Source of the DNA: Alphaproteobacteria bacterium
Lineage (GTDB): Bacteria > Pseudomonadota > Alphaproteobacteria > GCA-2731375
Direction of reading: 5' to 3'
Length of the DNA: 64,000 bases
Assembly (NCBI GenBank): GCA_965232515.1
Contig: CBDDPY010000002.1
Coordinates: forward strand, 6,912,001 to 6,976,000
The translations under genes were made by a program, and so were the position numbers. Position 1 is the stretch's first letter; each line of letters begins with the position of its first letter. Below the pieces are notes generated by a model. That model was not told where the DNA came from, did no database searches, and saw nothing but the letters and a program-made list of their open reading frames with translations. Positions 60,099 through 64,000 of the stretch are shown here, one piece after another.

Positions 60099-60983
60099 TC
60101 ACGGATTACAGAAGAGACAGTTCTGCGGAGAGGTTTTTTCTAGACCATCGCGACGTGCTCTCTCCTCGAGATGATCGCACACAGCGCATCCGAAGACCTC
60201 GTACCGCACCATCTCCGTCGGCGCGCCACAGAGTTCGCAGGGCAGTCCTTTGACCGTACCCGTCCGACCCCACCCTGGCGCCGAGCAGGACGGACATTGC
60301 GTCGCCAGCCGCCGCGCAAGCTTGAAAGCCAACCGGCGGATGGCGCGCATGCGCGTGGGATTAAGATGGGCGCGCATATCGGGCTCGACCCACGCAACGC
60401 CGTCATCGGAACGAGCAGTTGCCTCGGCCATCGCTGTCTTCAAGTCGTCAGCACTGGTCACGCCTTTCGCGATCGGCTTGCCGGGACCGTTCTCGTTTGT
60501 TCGCACGATCAGCCCATGAGTGGGAAAGCCCACGCGGGGGAGCCATTCGGCGAGTTCGTCAATATTGCGAGCCTCGTAATGGCCGTAGTTAGTGTTCTCG
60601 CAGATGAAGCTCTCAGTCAGGACGAAGCCTCGTTCGTCATCGACGAAAGTTAGGAGTTCGACGCCGGCCGGAATGAAGGGTATGAACGGATGCGGACCGA
60701 AACTACCTTCGCTGGCGATCCCAAAGGACAGCCCAGTAATCTCCATGCCCAACCGCGCCTTCCGTTCGCAGACCTCCAAGGGTGTGCCCTCGCGCGGAAC
60801 CTCGCCCGTAAAGGTCCCCAGGGTATCCGTGTCGAGACCGGACGGTGCCAGCACCTCCAAGCCGAGCGCGAAACGGAAGGGCCGTACGATCGCCTGTTCC
60901 TTCGCATGCTTGGTTGCCAAGCAGGCTATTCGTTCACAATAGACCGTCACGTCGTCTGATTGGTTCGGCCGGCAAACCGCCAC
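60099..60983 (-). CDS. DUF6671-like protein with C-terminal CxxC zinc-ribbon motifs
   Basis: ATKHAKE, DTDTLGTFTGEV, ASEGSFGPHP, DMRAHLNPTRM, four CxxC. Confidence 0.75.
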   Translation of the reverse strand: MAVCRPNQSDDVTVYCERIACLATKHAKEQAIVRPFRFALGLEVLAPSGLDTDTLGTFTGEVPREGTPLEVCERKARLGMEITGLSFGIASEGSFGPHPFIPFIPAGVELLTFVDDERGFVLTESFICENTNYGHYEARNIDELAEWLPRVGFPTHGLIVRTNENGPGKPIAKGVTSADDLKTAMAEATARSDDGVAWVEPDMRAHLNPTRMRAIRRLAFKLARRLATQCPSCSAPGWGRTGTVKGLPCELCGAPTEMVRYEVFGCAVCDHLEERARRDGLEKTSPQNCLFCNP

Positions 60984-62044
60984 GCCAGGGTTTCGCTCGC
61001 GTGGAACGGAACGACGTGAACGTTGTCATCGCCCATCAGCTCGGGCACGTCCTGCGCCTCTCGCCGCAGCGTGACCGTTCCCTCGTTGAGCGGGAGGCCG
61101 TAAAAGCCTGGGCCGAACTCCGATGCGAAAGCCTCCAGCCGGTCGAGGGCGCCTTCCTCTTCGAACGTCTGGGCGTAACTCTCGAGTGCCGTCGGCGCAC
61201 TGAAAATACCGGCGCAGCCGCAGGCGCTTTCCTTTTCATGCTTCTGGTGGGGTGCTGAGTCGGTCCCGAGGAAAAACTTGGGGCTGCCCGATGTCGCCGC
61301 TTTGCGTAGCATCTCTTTGTGATGGCGGCGCTTGGCAACGGGCAGGCAGTAGGCGTGCGGGCGCAGCCCACCTTCGAACATGGCGTTGCGGTCGATCCGC
61401 AGGTGATGCGCCGTAATCGTTGCCGCCAGGTTCGGTCCCGCCGCCTCGGCGAAGCGAACCGAGTCTTCGGTGGTGATATGCTCCAGCACCACCTTGAGGC
61501 CGGGGAAGGCCGCCAGGACCGGTGTCAGAACCTTGTCAAGGAACACGGCCTCCCGGTCGAAGATGTCGATATCCGGCGACACCACTTCGCCATGCACCAA
61601 GAGCGGCATGCCAATGGCCTCCATGCGCTCCAGCACCGGCCAGATCTTGCGCACATCCGTGACGCCATCCGCGGAATTGGTCGTGGCCCCCGCCGGATAG
61701 AGTTTACATGCCGTAAAGACGCCGTCCTTGAAGCCTGTCGCGATCTCTTCTGGATCGATCTCATCGGTGAGGTAAGCCGTCATCAGCGGCGTGAAGCGGC
61801 ATCCTGCGGGCAGCGCATCCAGAATGCGCGTTCGATAAGCCTCGGCCGCGGCGGCCGTCGTCACCGGCGGAACCAGGTTCGGCATCACGATGGCGCGGGC
61901 AAACTGCCGGGCGGTGTAGTTGGCGGCGAAGGCCAACATGGCGCCATCACGGAAATGCACGTGCCAATCGTCCGGCTCGCGCAGTATCAAAACGTCATCA
62001 GTATCGTGGGACGGCTCTTGGCTCCCATTGTCTCGAAGACTCAC
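60947..62044 (-). CDS. pyrC: Dihydroorotase (E. coli-type)
   Basis: PDDWHVHFRDG, KLYPAGATTNS, EHITT, FLGTDSAPH. Confidence 0.95.
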   Translation of the reverse strand: MSLRDNGSQEPSHDTDDVLILREPDDWHVHFRDGAMLAFAANYTARQFARAIVMPNLVPPVTTAAAAEAYRTRILDALPAGCRFTPLMTAYLTDEIDPEEIATGFKDGVFTACKLYPAGATTNSADGVTDVRKIWPVLERMEAIGMPLLVHGEVVSPDIDIFDREAVFLDKVLTPVLAAFPGLKVVLEHITTEDSVRFAEAAGPNLAATITAHHLRIDRNAMFEGGLRPHAYCLPVAKRRHHKEMLRKAATSGSPKFFLGTDSAPHQKHEKESACGCAGIFSAPTALESYAQTFEEEGALDRLEAFASEFGPGFYGLPLNEGTVTLRREAQDVPELMGDDNVHVVPFHASETLAWRFAGRTNQTT

Positions 62045-62836
62045 TTATTTTCCTTATCCCGATACTTGCGGCTCATACAAACACCCTGCACAAAAACGCC
62101 CAAAGACAATGATCGGTCAACCAACGAGTTGCGTGGCACTTTCCACTTTTTGTCCAAGACCTTCATCTGGTCAGCAAGTTTGAAACGTCAATCGATCTCT
62201 CCCCGGTGCGTGATACTTTTTATCGATGCCTTTCATGACGATTTCGCATCTGTCCCTGCCAATCCCCTATAAGTCATGGGGTTCCGGTGCTGAGCCGCTA
62301 GCACAGTGCTTTGGCAGGCCCACCTTTTCTTGCATTTCACGGTCCGATCAGCGTAGATGATTCCGCCCGGCGCAAAATCGTCGGATGGGGACCGCTAACC
62401 CCCTGAAAAGCCAAGGCGGCCGTGTGATCGGCGCGCCCCTAATCTGCTTGCCCATCCGTTCAGCACGGCCGGATGGCGGCGGAATATCCAGGGCCCCGGC
62501 CTATTGCCCAGCGGGAATCCAAGACGCAAGCTACGAAGGACAGGCTGAGCAGTAGCCAGCCGATGGAATCATGTAGAGCTACATCGGCACGACAAACTCG
62601 AGATATTCCTTATGCATGTTATCGGGTATTGGCGGATCAGCGTAGAAAACCGTCGCGGCCAATGTGACGGTACGGCGTATGCAGAGCTTTCTTCGATCCA
62701 AGGTCGACAAAGCGATCGCGCCGGTTAGCTATGAGATAAAGGCGGGTGCTTGACACATCCACGCCCTGACATCCAGGCAGACTAACCAGCTTTCTTCGTG
62801 AGCTGGCGAAACACGGCTGATAGTCGTGGTTCTGCG

Positions 62837-64000
62837 CTAGAACCTGATACCAAGTGATCCAATGAAGGTGCGGCCTGGCGCCGGGAGTATCCATTGGCCA
62901 AGTGCCGGTACGTAAGCCACATCGGTCACATTGTTGACCGCGAACCGCAGATTTACATGGCTGCCAAGTGCGTAGGAGCCGTAGATGTCGTAGACGGTGT
63001 ACCCATCGGTCACATAGGTGCCGGCGAGGCTGCCGTAAGCTGGCAATCCTCGCGTCGCATGCTTTGCGCGACCGCCCGCGATTAGCCTTTGGTCGAACAA
63101 CCTCACGCCGGCATCGATGGTGAACTGCGTCTCGGGCGGTACAAACAGAACGCCTGGCTCCGCCTCGTGTGACTCATCGTTATATGTGTAGGTATCGGCC
63201 CATTCTGTTTCGAGAAAGGTGACTGCTCCACCTATGTAGAACAGGCCGGCATCGTAACTTGCCTCAAACTCGAGACCCCTCATTCGAGTTGTGTCGTCAA
63301 GATTCACATGGGCGTAGTATTCGAAGTCGGTTTCAGAGCGATAGATTTGGCCGATCGTTATGTAGTCCTCGATTTCGCGATAAAAACCGACGAACTTCAT
63401 ACGGAATTTATCCCCTGCCAGGAGCACGTCGTCGTGGGAAAGGTTGGCGCCAACTTCCAATGTCCAGCTCCGCTCCGGTTCAAGCAAGGGATTCGGCGCG
63501 AACTCGTTGTTGGTGGCGCCGGGATGTCCGCCGGTGGCAAAGGCCTCCATGATCGTGGGCGGACGATACCCCTGGGAATATTTGACGAAGGGTTGCAGCC
63601 AGTCGAAGGGCTTTACCGCGACCAAGGCGGTCGGCAAGAGCGCGCCGCCGGAGAGATCGACGTCGACGGAGGCGGTGTCCTGCTCCCACGGTCCATAGGC
63701 TCTTCTTTCCACTGTAATATCGGGGGGACAAACTTCAATTGGTCCTAACACCGGGTGGTTGACAGAGAAGCATGGTCCCCCCGGCACAACGACTTCCACC
63801 ACTTCCGACGTCCGTGTCCGGTCTCCGAATATCCGTGTGGTCCCGCCAAGTTCGTAATAATCGTAGCGCAGACCGCCCGAGACGGTCAGCCAGTCGCCGT
63901 ACTCCCATGTCGAATTGGTGAAGCCGCTGACGACATCGCGACGGCCGCTGGGGTTCAGCCCGCGATAACCGTAGCTCAGGTCCACACCCAGGCTCTCGTC
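62837..64000 (-). CDS. TonB-dependent heme/hemoglobin-type receptor (C-terminal part; runs off right edge)
   Basis: YRPP..H..NPLLEPE (FRAP/NPNL-like), NNVTD, PGRTF, terminal F; frame open to 64000. Confidence 0.85.
   Translation of the reverse strand, partial: DESLGVDLSYGYRGLNPSGRRDVVSGFTNSTWEYGDWLTVSGGLRYDYYELGGTTRIFGDRTRTSEVVEVVVPGGPCFSVNHPVLGPIEVCPPDITVERRAYGPWEQDTASVDVDLSGGALLPTALVAVKPFDWLQPFVKYSQGYRPPTIMEAFATGGHPGATNNEFAPNPLLEPERSWTLEVGANLSHDDVLLAGDKFRMKFVGFYREIEDYITIGQIYRSETDFEYYAHVNLDDTTRMRGLEFEASYDAGLFYIGGAVTFLETEWADTYTYNDESHEAEPGVLFVPPETQFTIDAGVRLFDQRLIAGGRAKHATRGLPAYGSLAGTYVTDGYTVYDIYGSYALGSHVNLRFAVNNVTDVAYVPALGQWILPAPGRTFIGSLGIRF

Noticed and set aside
386-62272. Many long antisense or alternative-frame ORFs (e.g. 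386-1408, 8429-9667, 14863-16338, 41250-42398, 54274-55434, 61319-62272)
   Set aside because: They shadow genes with clear family motifs, have no motifs of their own, and are expected in GC-rich DNA
62045-62836. About 800-bp intergenic region with an 8-bp IR (CGGATGGG/CCCATCCG) as a possible sRNA or IS end
   Set aside because: The stem is short enough to occur by chance and I recognise no RNA family or transposase remnant
1-64000. CRISPR array, rRNA, anti-phage defence or toxin-antitoxin genes
   Set aside because: No regularly spaced repeats and no cas, nuclease, reverse transcriptase or toxin motifs were seen by eye

Overview
GC-rich accessory DNA, most likely from an alphaproteobacterial plasmid or genomic island (inferred from protein families and IS types). 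It has five blocks. (1) 1-23963: a catabolic cluster with FadR and LysR regulators, acyl-CoA synthetase, SDR, sulfurtransferase plus MetC, FAD oxidoreductase, a cytoplasmic BisC-type Mo enzyme, VOC protein, cysteine hydrolase, two PuuE-like hydrolases (the second lacks conserved His residues), a peptide-type ABC importer and three amidases, two of them preceded by tiny AtzG/GatC-like proteins. (2) 24068-37594: a 12-kb sugar-acid-like catabolic module between two inverted 803-bp IS6 copies that share a premature stop. (3) 37595-39320: mobile-element debris (recombinase tail/att-like palindrome, truncated IS630, an IS1595 relic fused in frame to a Mo-enzyme fragment). (4) 39419-46959: TRAP transporter, AtuA(DUF1446)/DUF4387 pair, DehI-like protein, amidase, GntR. 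(5) 47649-62044: a cluster of Fe-S handling genes and orphan single copies of housekeeping enzymes (tenA fragment, thiD, yjbQ, rhodanese, zf-CHCC, Nfu, Cys-rich MarR, Rrf2 without the Cys triad, bolA, grxD, lone sdhB, fdxA, bioD, B12-riboswitch metE, pyrC), followed by a partial TonB heme-type receptor. No rRNA, complete tRNA or CRISPR array was seen. All family calls come from motif recognition by eye; no database search was run.
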